From NCBI GenBank assembly GCA_964187785.1, contig OZ076409.1, positions 70,496,001-70,560,000 on the forward strand: DNA of 64,000 nt, read 5' to 3'. Origin of the DNA: Amphiscolops sp. MND2022 (lineage: Eukaryota). The position numbers and the translations under genes are program-made. Below are positions 9,352 to 22,490 of this stretch, one piece after another. The notes under the pieces were generated by a model, which had not been told where the DNA came from, made no database searches, and was given only the letters and a program-made list of their open reading frames with translations. Numbering within the stretch: position 1 is the stretch's first letter; each line of letters opens with the position of its first letter.

Positions 9352-12300
9352 GTGCGGGGGGGAAACCCCTTCCTTTATCTTGGAGGATTCGGGTAGGGTC
9401 CTGAATCCGAGTTCAGTGCCGCCAGCTCTCAGTAGAAATCTGGGCATTTTTTTGCGATCTCGTGATCTAACCATAGGATTTTAAAGTTGGAGCGGCCCCC
9501 ACCAGATTTTCCAAAGTTATTCGCCCCCCACCGGGTTCCAGCGTGATTGAAACATTTTGACGGGGTACACGGGCGACCGCTAGGGGTCATTTTAGGGGTA
9601 AAATTTATATAATGTCGCATAACTTTTTTCCTGTTGGATTAAAACTTTGGGACCCTGCTAAAAGTTTCTTGACCGTGTTGCGGGGGCTCCGGAGGTCCAA
9701 ACCAAATTTTTCTATCTTGAAGCTATCTCCAAGTACCCCCCCGCCCAAACCGTTATTTTTCCGGAAATGCAGGTTTTTGACCCGGAAGGAGTCGTCTGAG
9801 CGCGGGGTCGTTAGGTGATGTATTGGGGACGGCCTTGAGAAGAAGCGGGGGATATATAGTTTGCCGACCCCAGTTTACCCCCCGGACCGGAAATGACCGT
9901 TATATGAGCGGGAAAAATGCCCCCCTCCACGTTTTACCGCTATTTCCGGTGTGAAGGAGTGGGAGTAGCGCGTCGGGTGCCATATATCAAAAGTAGGTTT
10001 AGACAAGGACCTATCGGAAACATGTGGTTTGGGACCCCCTGACCCAACCCGTTAGCCGCTATTAGGGTGATCGCCTCCTTTTTTTACTGTCAAAACCGGA
10101 AAACGGGCATTGAGGGGTAAATATCTCGTGAACGCTTGGAGCAATCGTGTCCATCACTACTACAAGGTTTCATACCCATGATATGGTGCCTTCAGGGGGG
10201 CAAACAGATTACCGCTATCTATCACCGTTACCGACTTGGCCCCTCAGCCTAACCGCTATGTGACCGGAAATTGCACTTTTTGAGCCCAAAGGGTCGATCC
10301 TAGCCGGGCAACGTTAGGTAACATATTGTAGTACTCATTGAGACGAGTTGGGGGATCTAGTTTCAGTCACCCCCCGTTACCCCTTGAGACCGGAAATGAC
10401 CGTTATGTGAGTAGAATTGCAATTTTTATACCTTTTGAAGGGCATTTAGGTGCGGAAGGAATGGTGATAGGTGCTTGGACACTATATGATGTAATGGAGG
10501 TCGTGAGGAGAGCATTCGGAAGTAACCGTTACGTTAACCCCAAAGTCCCCCTGGTACCGTTAACAACCGGAAATGGCCAAATTTTGTGTTTATAGGGTAC
10601 AAATGTTTGGTATTTTATGGATAAAAGTACCTGGAAGGTGTTTTAAAGGCCTCCAGAAGTGAACATAGTCATGAAACTGTCTGGGGGTAACGGTATATAG
10701 CACCGGAAGTCCAAACCGTTAGTTACAGAATAGGTTTTTTGGTTTCAAAATGTCTTTAGGCGTAGTTTTGTGGGTTGAATCGTCATAATATCAACTAATA
10801 CGGACTTTTTTCGGAAATAAAATTTTTTCACATTAGTTTCAGGGACCTCCAATGTTTCAGTCAACATAACCGTTACATTTTGATAGCCTTTCAAGTTGGC
10901 CTAGTGTCAACTTGGAAGGGCTATCCTTCTAAAATCGTTAATCAAGAGTGTTTTTGGGTAGGTATATGTTGCATTAGTACCAACTAGAGCTTCATCAACA
11001 GTTTGCCAACGGCAAAAACGATGTCGTGATAATTCCGTTATAAGAATATTATTTAACAAATTGTTTCCAAAGTTGATTTTTTCCATTCGAAATGTGTCCT
11101 AATGCCACCAAATTGAATAAAATAATAAATGGTAATGACTAAAACTAAATAACATTGAAAAAGAAGCTCAACATTTTTAATAGGTCTCATTATGGAAGCT
11201 GAAACCTCACGTTTTAACTTAATTAACGTCAACGCCACATACTTTACATCAACGTCCGCCGTCTGTGGGCATGCCGAGGCATGCCCTTCGACGACGTATA
11301 CCAATTACCTATATATCTACACCCACCCGCGGTAGCAGCTAGGTGCGGGGGGGTAACCCCAACAAATATATTGGAGGATTCGGGTAGGGTCCTGAATCCG
11401 ATTTTAACTCTAATAGCTATCGATAGGAAATCTTGCAAAAATTTCGGGATCTCGTGATCTAACCATAGGATTTTAAAGTTGGAGCGGCCCCCACCAGATT
11501 TTCCGAAAATTAGCGCCCCCCACCGGGTTCCATACCCCGGAAAATTTTTTTCTGGCCACACGGGCGACCGTTAGGGGGTCATTTTAGGGGTAAAATTCAT
11601 ATTGGGCCACATAACTTTTTTTCTGTTGATTTAAAACTTTGGAACCCTGCTAAAAGTTTCTTGACCGTGTTGCAGGGGCCCCGAAGGTCCAAACCAAATT
11701 TTTCTATCTTGAAGCTATCTCCAAGTACCCCCCCGCTCAAACCGTTATTTTTCCGGAAACGCAGGTTTTTGACCAGGAAGGAGTCGTCTGAGCGCGGGGT
11801 CGTTAGGTGATGTATTGGGGACGGCCTTGAGACGAAGTGGGGGACAAGTAGTTTGCCAACCTCAATTTACCCCCCGGACGGGAAATGACCGTTATATGAG
11901 CGGGAAAATTGCCCCCCTCCACGTTTTACCGCTATTTCCGGTGTGAAGGAGTGGGAGTAGCGCGTCGGGTGTTATATAACAAAAGTAGGTTTAGACAAGG
12001 ACCTATCGGAAACATGTAGTTTGTGACCCCCTGGACCAACCCGTTAGCGGGAAATGGGGCTTCCGCCTCCTTTTTTTAGTGCTAAAACCGTAAAATGGGC
12101 ATTGAGGGGTAAATATCTCGTGAACGCGTGGAGCAATCGTGTCCATCACTACTACAAGGTTTCATACCCATGATATGGTGCCTTCAGGGGGGCAAACAGA
12201 TTTCCGCTATCTATCACCGTTACCGACTTGGCCCCCCAGCTTAACCGCTATGTGACCGGAAATGTCACTTTTTGAGCCCAAAGGGTCGGTCCCAGCCGGG

Positions 12301-15300
12301 GAACGTTAGGTAACTTATTGTAGTACTCAATGAGACGAGTTGGGGGATATAGTTTCAGTCACCCCCCGTTACCCCTTGGGACCGGAAATGACCGTTATGT
12401 GGGTAAAATTGCAATTTTTATACTTTTTTAAGTGTATTTAGGTGCGGAAGGAGTGGTAATAGGTGCTTGGACACTATATGAGGTAAGGGAGGACGTGAGG
12501 CGAGCATTCGGAAGTAACCGTTATGTTGACCCTAAAGTCCCCCTGGTACCGTAAACGACCGGAAATGGTCAAATTTTGTGTCTATTGGGTACAAATGTTT
12601 TGTATTTTGTAGATAAAAGTATCTATTAGGTGTTTCGACGGTCTACAGTAGTGAACATAGTCATGAAACCTTGTGGGGGGTAACGGTATATAGCACCGGA
12701 AGTCAAACCGTTGGAGACAGGATAGGTTTTTTGGTTTTAAAATGTCTTTCGGCGTAATTTTTTCGACTCTTGTGGACTATTTTTAAAAATTAAAGTTTTT
12801 CCATATAGTTTCAGAGACTCCGAAACCTCAACCAACATAACCGTTACCTTATGATAGCCTTTCAAGTTGGCCTGGTGTCAACTTGGAAGCGCTATCCTTC
12901 TGAAATCGTTAATCAAGAGTGTTTTTGGGTAGGTATATATTGCATTAGTACCAATTAGAGCTTCATCAACAGTGTATCAACGACAAAAACTATGCCGTCA
13001 TGATTCCGTTATTAGAATCATAGTGAGCAAATTGTTGAAAAAAATGGTTTTTTCCATACAAAATGTGTCCTAAATGCCAGGAAACCAATTTACCTAACAA
13101 ATGGTATTAATTGGAATGTTTGTAACAGATTTATAAAAGTTCAAATTGAATATTACATTTCATTATGGAAGCTGAAACGTCATATTTTAGTTTAATTAAC
13201 GTCAACGCCACACACTTTACATCAACGCACACCGTCTGTGGGCATGCCGAGGCATGCCCTTCGACGACGTATGACAAATCCTTATCAAACGACGCCCGTA
13301 CATCCCGGGCTAGGTGCGGGGGGGTAACCCCAACAAATATATTGGAGGATTCGGGTAGGGTCCTGAATCCGATTTTAACTCTAATAGCTATCGATAGGAA
13401 ATCTTGCAAAAATTTCGGGATCTCGTGATCTAACCATAGGATTTTAAAGTTGGAGCGGCCCCCACCAGATTTTCCGAAAATTAGCGCCCCCCACCGGGTT
13501 CCAGCGTGATTGAAATATTTTGACGGGGTACACGGGCGACCGTTAGGGGTCATTTTGGGGGTAAAATTTATAAAAGTTCGCGTAACTTTTTTCCTGTTGG
13601 TTTAAAACTTTAGGACCCTGCTAAAAGTTTCTTGACCGTATTGCAAGGGCTCCGGAGGTCCAAACCAAATTTTTCTATCTTGAAGCTATCTCCAAGTACC
13701 CCCCCGCTCAAACCGTTATTTTTCCGGAAACGCAGGTTTTTGACCCGGAAGGAGTCGTCTGAGCGCGGGGTCGTTAGGTGATGTATTGGGGACGGCCTTG
13801 AGACGAAGTGGGGGACATGTAGTTTGCCAACCTCAGTTTACCCCCCGGACGGGAAATGACCGTTATATGAGCGGCAAAAATGTCCCCCTCCACGTTTTAC
13901 CGCTATTTCCGGTGTGAAGGAGTGGGAGTAGCGCGTCGGGTGCCATATATCAAAAGTAGGTTTAGACAAGGATCTATCGGAAACATGTGGTTTGGGACCC
14001 CCTGGACCAACCCGTTAGCAAGAAATGGGGCTTCCGGCCCGTTTTTTTACGGTTAAAAACGGAAAATGGGCATTGAGGGGTAAATATCTCGTGAACGCGT
14101 GGAGCTACGGTGTCCTTCACTACTACAAGGTTTCATACCCATGATATGGTGCGTTCAGGGGGGCAAACAGATTTCCGCTATCTATCACCGTTACGGACTT
14201 GGCCCCCCAGCCTAACCGCTAAGTGACCGGAAATGTCATATTTTGAGCCCAAAGGGTCGGTCCCAGCCAGGGAACGTTAGGTAACTTATTGTAGTACTCA
14301 TTGAGACGAGTTGGGGGACATAGTTTCAGTCACCCCCCGTTACCCCTTGGGACCGGAAATGACCGTTATGTGAGTAAATTTGCCTTTTTTGTCCTACTTG
14401 AAGGGCATTTAGATGCGGAATGAGTGGTAATAGGTGCTTGGACACTATATGAAGGAAGGGAGGATATGAGGCGAGCATTCGGAAATAACCGTTATGTTGA
14501 CCCTAAAGTCCCCCTGGTACCGTAAACGACCGGAAATGGTCAAATTTTCTGTTTATAGGGTACAAATGTTTGGTATTTTGTAGATAAAAGTATCTATTAG
14601 GTGTGTCGACGGTCTGCAGTAGTGAACATAGTCATTAAACCTTGTGGGGGGTAACGGTATATAGCACCGGAAGTCCAAACCGTTGGAGACAGGATAGGTT
14701 TTTTTGGTTTTAAAATGTCTTTCGGCGTACTTTTGTCGACTATTAAGGACTACTTTTAAAAATTAAAGTTTTTCCATATAGTTTTAGAGACTCCGAAACC
14801 TCAACCAACATAACCGTTACCTCATGATAGCCTTTCAAGTTGGCCTGGTGTCAACTTGGAAGGGCTATCCTTCAAAAATCGTCAATCAAGTGTGTTTTTG
14901 GGTATGTTTGTATCATTTTAGAATCAAATAGAGCTTCAAGAAAAGTTTGCCAACGACAAAAACTATGTCGTGATGATTCCGTTATTAGAATAATAGTTAG
15001 CAAATTGTTGAGAAAATTGATTTTTTCCATATAAAATGTGTCCTAAATGCCAGGAAACCTATTTAACTAACAAATGGTATTGATTGGAATGTATGTAACA
15101 GATTTATAAAAGTTCAAATTGAATATTACCTTTCAATATGGAAGCTGAAACGTAATATTTTAGTTTAATTAACGTCAACGCCACACACTTTACATCAACG
15201 CCCACCGTCTGTGGGCATGCCGAGGCATGCCCTTCGACGACGTATGGCAAATCCCTTCTAACGACGCCCGTACATCCCGGGCTAGGTGCGGGGGGGTAAC

Positions 15301-17258
15301 CCCAACAAAAATTTTGGAGGATTCGGGTAGGGTCCTGAATCCGATTTTAACTCTAAAAGCTATCGATAGGAAATCTTGCAAAAATTTCGGGATCTCGTGA
15401 TCTAACCATAGGATTTTAAAGTTGGAGCGGCCCCCACCAGATTTTCCGAAAATTAGCGCCCCCCACCGGGTTCCAGCGTGATTGAAATATTTTGACGGGG
15501 TACACGGGCGACCGTTAGGGGTCATTTTGGGGGTAAAATTTATAAAAGTTCGCATAACTTTTTTCCTGTTGGTTTAAAACTTTAGGACCCTGCTAAAAGT
15601 TTCTTGACCGTATTGCAAGGGCTCCGGAGGTCCAAACCAAATTTTTCTATCTTGAAGCTATCTCCAAGTACCCCCCCGCTCAAACCGTTATTTTTCCGGA
15701 AACGCAGGTTTTTGACCCGGAAGGAGTCGTCTGAGCGCGGGGTCGTTAGGTGATGTATTGGGGACGGCCTTGAGACGAAGTGGGGGACATGTAGTTTGCC
15801 AACCTCAGTTTACCCCCCGGACGGGAAATGACCGTTATATGAGCGGCAAAAATGTCCCCCTCCACGTTTTACCGCTATTTCCGGTGTGATGGAGTGGGAG
15901 TAGCGCGTCGGGTGCCATATATCAAAAGTAGGTTTAGACAAGGATCTATCGGAAACATGTGGTTTGGGACCCCCTGGACCAACCCGTTAGCAGGAAATGG
16001 GGCTTCCGGCCCGTTTTTTTACGGTTAAAAACGGAAAATGGGCATTGAGGGGTAAATATCTCGTGAACGCGTGGAGCTACGGTGTCCTTCACTACTACAA
16101 GGTTTCATACCCATGATATGGTGCGTTCAGGGGGGCAAACAGATTTCCGCTATCTATCACCGTTACGGACTTGGCCCCCCAGCCTAACCGCTAAGTGACC
16201 GGAAATGTCATATTTTGAGCCCAAAGGGTCGGTCCCAGCCAGGGAACGTTAGGTAACTTATTGTAGTACTCATTGAGACGAGTTGGGGAACATAGTTTCA
16301 GTCACCCCTCGTTACCCCTTGGGACCAGAAATGACCGTTATGTGAGTAAATTTGCCGTTTTTGTCCTACTTGAAGGGCATTTAGATGCGGAATGAGTGGT
16401 AATAGGTGCTTGGACACTATATGAAGGAAGGGAGGATATGAGGCGAGCATTCGGAAATAACCGTTATGTTGACCCTAAAGTCCCCCTGGTACCGTAAACT
16501 ACCGGAAATGGTCAAATTTTCTGTTTATAGGGTACAAATGTTTGGTATTTTGTAGATAAAAGTATCTATTAGGTGTTTCGACGGTCTGCAGTAGTGAACA
16601 TAGTCATGAAACCTTGTGGGGGGTAACGGTATATAGCACCGGAAGTCCAAACCGTTGGAGACAGGATAGGTTTTTTGGTTTTAAAATGTCTTTCGGCGTA
16701 CTTTTGTCGACTATTAAGGACTACTTTTAAAAATTAAAGTTTTTCCATATAGTTTTAGAGACTCCGAAACCTCAACCAACATAACCGTTACCTCATGATA
16801 GCCTTTCAAGTTGGCCTGGTGTCAACTTGGAAGGGCTATCCTTCAAAAATCGTCAATCAAGTATGTTTTTGGGTATGTTTGTATCATTTTAGAATCAAAT
16901 AGAGCTTCAAGAAAAGTTTGCCAACGACAAAAACTATGTCGTGATGATTCCGTTATTAGAATAATAGTTAGCAAATTGTTGAGAAAATTGATTTTTTCCA
17001 TATAAAATGTGTCCTAAATGCCAGGAAACCTATTTAACTAACAAATGGTATTGATTGGAATGTATGTAACAGATTTATAAAATTTCAAATTAATTATTAC
17101 GATTCAAAATGGAAGCTGAAACGTAATATTTTAGTTTAATTAACGTCAACGCCACACACTTTACATCAACGCCCACCGTCTGTGGGCATGCCGAGGCATG
17201 CCCTTCGACGACATATACCAAATACATACCCAAACGACGCCCGTACATCCCGGGCTAG
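9352..17258 (+). mobile_element. Four A-family units (1991, 1971, 1972, 1973 bp)
   Basis: Collinear with 171-8079. The units at 13314 and 15286 are near-identical neighbours except at the 3' end. Confidence 0.7.
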
Positions 17259-18527
17259 GTGGCCGGGAATTTTTTTTCCACTCAATTCTTTGCCAACTGG
17301 GGGAGGGGCCCCTGGTGGCTGGTGTTCGGATTTACATACTACTGTATTCGGGGCTACATTTTAACGATCTCGAGATCTAACCATACGATTCGCCTGAAAC
17401 TTTGCATGCAGGCCCAAAATGAGATTGTAAGAACAATGATATAAGCGTTTTTCCTGAATTTTTGCAAAAAGTTGGTCAAAAACGCAAAAAATGGGCCAAA
17501 ATTGACCTCTTTTTCAACTTTTTTATTTTTGAGAGCCCATATCTCGGAACGAGGTGGCCGTAGCGGGCCGCATAAGGACTCCGTTTTTGCTGGGCACTTG
17601 ATGAGGAGTGCGTGGACAAATTTTCGTCCAAATCGAAGGAAAATTGACTGAGTAATGAGTGATTTTTTGACGACCTTTTTTGCGAACCCCATTGTATCTC
17701 TGCCATTTTCCGCCAAAATTTTCAAAAATGCTTCTACAGGAGGCAATCCCTGCCCAATTTTCTGCAAAACAAAACCATTTGGCCCTAAATACGAGGTTTC
17801 AGCGTTCTAGCATTCCCCGGTGAAAAGTTATGGGACTTAGAAATTTGTCAGTGAAACGCAAAATTTGTAAAGTCAACTTCCGGTGCCCAAAAGTCACAAA
17901 ACTTTCACACAACTAGTATTGTAAGTGAATGCATGTGCAAAGTACTGAAATAGACGAGAAAAATGAGCTATAGAACGACTCTCTACCTTAACTTGACGTT
18001 GACTTATGATGTTTTGAATGTGAGCATCCTATCTGATTTTAATGTCAAAAATGAGATTTTGTAAGTCATGTCTCATCAAAAACTCAACGGAATACGTTCA
18101 ATCATCCCCATAGCTGTTCAATTGCCGTGGCTTAGCGCAGCAACGCCATTTAATGTCTTTGGACCCATTCTGAAAAATTTTGACACCGTCTTATTCGTCC
18201 GATATCACGAAGCAGTTGAGTACATTCCATCTCCCCCTTGAGGGGAGATGAGAATGTACTCGCTAAAGAGCTGGTACTATGGCCCATATTTGTTTTTAAT
18301 TGACGCTTCCTATGAGGTTTCACACGGATACCTCTATTTGGTAACACATTTTCTTTTGCACCATGTTTATATATGCTAAACCACTTCATTAGCTTCTACT
18401 ATCTATACTCACACATGACTAACGTCAACGCCACATACTCGCATCAACGCCCACCGTCCGTGGGCATGCCGAGGCATGCCCTTCGACGACGTATACCTAG
18501 TATACGCGTTAGCGCGGTAGCCGCTAG
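17259..18527 (+). mobile_element. Short-family unit, subfamily D (1269 bp)
   Basis: Starts GTGGCCGGGAATTTTTTT; has short-family blocks and the end module; related to 28971-30244. Confidence 0.7.
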
Positions 18528-21500
18528 GTGCGGGGGGGAAACCCCATCCCTTATCTTGGAGGATTCGGGTAGGGTCCTGAATCCGAGTTCAGTGCCGCCA
18601 GCTCTCAGTAGAAATCTGGGCATTTTTTTGCGATCTCGTGATCTAACCATAGGATTTTAAAGTTGGAGCGGCCCCCACCAGATTTTCCAAAGTTATTCGC
18701 CCCCCACCGGGTTCCAGCGTGATTGAAATATTTTGACGGGGTACACGGGCGACCGTTAGGGGTCATTTTGGGGGTAAAATTTATAAAAGTTCGCATAACT
18801 TTTTTCCTGTTGGTTTAAAACTTTAGGACCCTGCTAAAAGTTTCTTGACCATGTTGCAGGGGCCCCGGAGGTCCAAACCAAATTTTTCTATCTTGAAGCT
18901 ATCTCCAAGTACCCCCCCGCCCAAACCGTTATTTTTCCGGAAACGCCGGTTTTTGACCCGGAAGGAGTCGTCTGAGCGCGGGGTCGTTAGGTGATGTATT
19001 GGGGACGGCCTTGAGACGAAGCGGGGGATATATAGTTTGCCGACCCCAGTTTACCCCCCGCACGGGAAATTACCGTTATATGAGCGGGAAAAATGCCCCC
19101 CTCCACGTTTTACCGCTATTTCCGGTGTGAAGGAGTGGGAGTAGCGCGTCGGGTGTTATATAACAAAAGTAGGTTTAGACAAGGACCTATCGGAAACATG
19201 TAGTTTGGGACCCCCTGGTCCAACCCGTTAGCGGGAAATGGGGCTTCCGCCTCCTTTTTTACTGCTAAAACCGTAAAATGGGCATTGAGGGGTAAATATC
19301 TCGTGAACGCGTGGAGCAATCGTGTCCATCACTACTACAAGGTTTCATACCCATGATATGGTGCCTTCAGGGGGGCAAACAGATTTCCGCTATCTATCAC
19401 CGTTACCGACTTGGCCCCCCAGCCTAACCGCTATGTGACCGGAAATGTCACTTTTTGAGCCCAAAGGGTCGGTCCCAGCCGGGGAACGTTAGGTAACTTA
19501 TTGTAGTACTCAATGAGACGAGTTGGGGGATATAGTTTCAGTCACCCCCCGTTACCCCTTGGGACCGGAAATGACCGTTATGTGGGTGAAATTGCCATTT
19601 TTGTCCTATTTGGAGGGCATTTAGATGCGGAAGGAGTGGTAATAGGTGCTTGGACACTATATGATGTAAAAGAGGACGTGATGCGAGCATTCGAAATTAA
19701 CCGTTATGTTGACCCCTAAGTCCCCCTGGTACCGTAAATGACCGGAAATGGTCTAATTTTGTGTTTATTGGGTACAAATGTTTGGTATTTTATGAATTAA
19801 AGTACATGGAAGGTGTTTCAAAGGCCTCCAGAAGTGAACATCATCATGAAACCTTGTGGGGGGTAACGGTATATAACACCGGAAGTCCAAACCGTTGGTC
19901 ACAGAATAGGTTTTTTGGTTTCAAAATATCTTTAGGCGTAGTTTTATGGGTTGAATCGTCATAATATCAACTATTACGGACATTTTTCGGAAAAAAAAAT
20001 TTTTCACATTAGTTTCAGAGACCTCCAATGCTTCAGTCAACATAACCGTTACATTTTGATAGCCTTTCAAGTTGGCCTGGCGTCAACTTGGAAGGGCTAT
20101 CCTTCTAAAATCGTTAATCAAGAGTGTTTTTGGGTAGGTATATGTTGCATTAGTACCAATTAGAGCTTCATCAACAGTTTGCCAACGGCAAAAACGATGT
20201 CGTGATAATTCCGTTATAAGAATATTAATTAAAAAATTGTTTACAAAGTTGATTTTTTTCATTTAAAATGTGTCCTAATGCCACCAAATTGAATAAAATA
20301 TTAAATGGTATTGACTAAAACTAAATAACATTGAAAAAGAAGATCAACATTTTTATTAGGTCTCATTATGGAAGCTGAAACCTCACGTTTTAACTTGATT
20401 AACGTCAACGCCACATACTTTACATCAACGCCCACCGTCTGTGGGCATGCCGAGGCATGCCCTTCGACGAATTATACCAAACAACCTCCATAACTACACC
20501 CAATTGCGGTAGCGGCTAGGTGCGGGGGGGTAACCCCAACAAATATATTGGAGGATTCGGGTAGGGTCCTGAATCCGATTTTAACTCTAATAGCTATCGA
20601 TAGGAAATCGTGCAAAAATTTCGGGATCTCGTGATCTAACCATAGGATTTTAAAGTTGGAGCGGCCCCCACCAGATTTTCCAAAGTTATTCGCCCCCCAC
20701 CGGGTTCCAGCGTGATTGAAATATTTTGACGGGGTACACGGGCGACCGTTAGGGGTCATTTTGGGGGTAAAATTTATAAAAGTTCGCATAACTTTTTTCC
20801 TGTTGGATTAAAACTTTGGGACCCTGCTAAAAGTTTCTTGACCGTGTTGCAAGGGCTCCGGAGGTGCAAACCAAATTTTTCTATCTTGAAGCTATCTCCA
20901 AGTACCCCCCCGCTCAAACCGTTATTTTTCCGGAAACGCCGGTTTTTGACCCGGAAGGAGTCGTCTGAGCGCGGGGTCGTTAGGTGATGTATTGGGGACG
21001 GCCTTGAGACGAAGTGGGGGACAAGTAGTTTGCCAACCTCAATTTACCCCCCGGACGGGAAATGACCGTTATATGAGCGTGAAAAATGCCCCCCTCCACG
21101 TTTTACCGCTATTTCCGGTGTGAAGGAGTGGGAGTAGCGCGTCGGGTGCCATATATCAAAAGTAGGTTTAGACAAGGATCTATCAAAAACATGTGGTTTG
21201 GGACCCCCTGATCCAACCCGTTAGCGGGAAATGGGGCTTCCGCCTCCTTTTTTTACGGTTAAAACCGGAAAATGGACATTGAGGGGTAAATATCTCGTGA
21301 ACGCGTGGAGCAATCGTGTCCATCACTACTACAAGGTTTCATACCCATGACATGGTGCCTTCAGGGGGGCAAACTGATTTCCGCTATCTATCACCGTTAC
21401 CGACTTGGCCCCCCAGCCTAACCGCTATGTGACCGGAAATGTCACTTTTTGAGCCCAAAGGGTCGGTCCCAGCCGGGGAACGTTAGGTAACTTATTGTAG

Positions 21501-22490
21501 TACTCAATGAGACGAGTTGGGGGATATAGTTTCAGTCACCCCCCGTTACCCCTTGTGACCGGAAATGACCGTTATGTGGGTAAATTTGCAATTTTTATAC
21601 TCTTTGAAGGGCATTTAGATGCGGAAGGAGTGGTAATAGGTGCTTGGACACTATATGAGGTAAGGGAGGATATGAAGCGAGCATTCGGAAATAACCGTTA
21701 TGTTGACCCCAAAGTCCCCCTGGTACCGTAAACGACCGGAAATGGTCAAATTTTCTGTTTATAGGGTACAAATGTTTGGTATTTTGTAGATAAAAGTATC
21801 TATTAGGTGTTTCGACGGTCTGCAGTAGTGAACATAGTCATGAAACTTTGTGGGGGGTAACGGTATATAGCACCGGAAGTCCAAACCGTTGGAGACAGGA
21901 TAGGTTTTTTGGTTTTAAAATGTCTTTCGGCGTACTTTTGTCGACTATTAAGGACTACTTTTAAAAATTAAAGTTTTTCCATATAGTTTTAGAGACTCCG
22001 AAACCTCAACCAACATAACCGTTACCTCATGATAGCCTTTCAAGTTGGCCTGGTGTCAACTTGGAAGGGCTATCTTTCAAAAATCGTCAATCAAGTGTGT
22101 TTTTGGGTATGTTTGTATCATTTTAGAATCAAATAGAGCTTCAAGAAAAGTTTGCCAACGACAAAAACTATGTCGTGATGATTCCGTTATTAGAATAATA
22201 GTTAGCAAATTGTTGAGAAAATTGATTTTTTCCATATAAAATGTGTCCTAATTGCCAGGAAACCCATTTAACTAACAAATGGCATTGATTGGAATGTATG
22301 TAACAGAGTTATAAAAGTTCAAATTGAAAATTACGTTTCATTATGGAAGCTGAAACGTAATATTTTAGTTTAATTAACGTCAACGCCACACACTTTACAT
22401 CAACGCCCACCGTCTGTGGGCATGCCGAGGCATGCCCTTCGACGACGTATGACAAATCCCTTCTAACGACGCCCGTACATGCCGGGCTAG
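18528..22490 (+). mobile_element. Two A-family units (1992, 1971 bp)
   Basis: Collinear with other A units; junctions at 18528, 20520 and 22491. Confidence 0.7.
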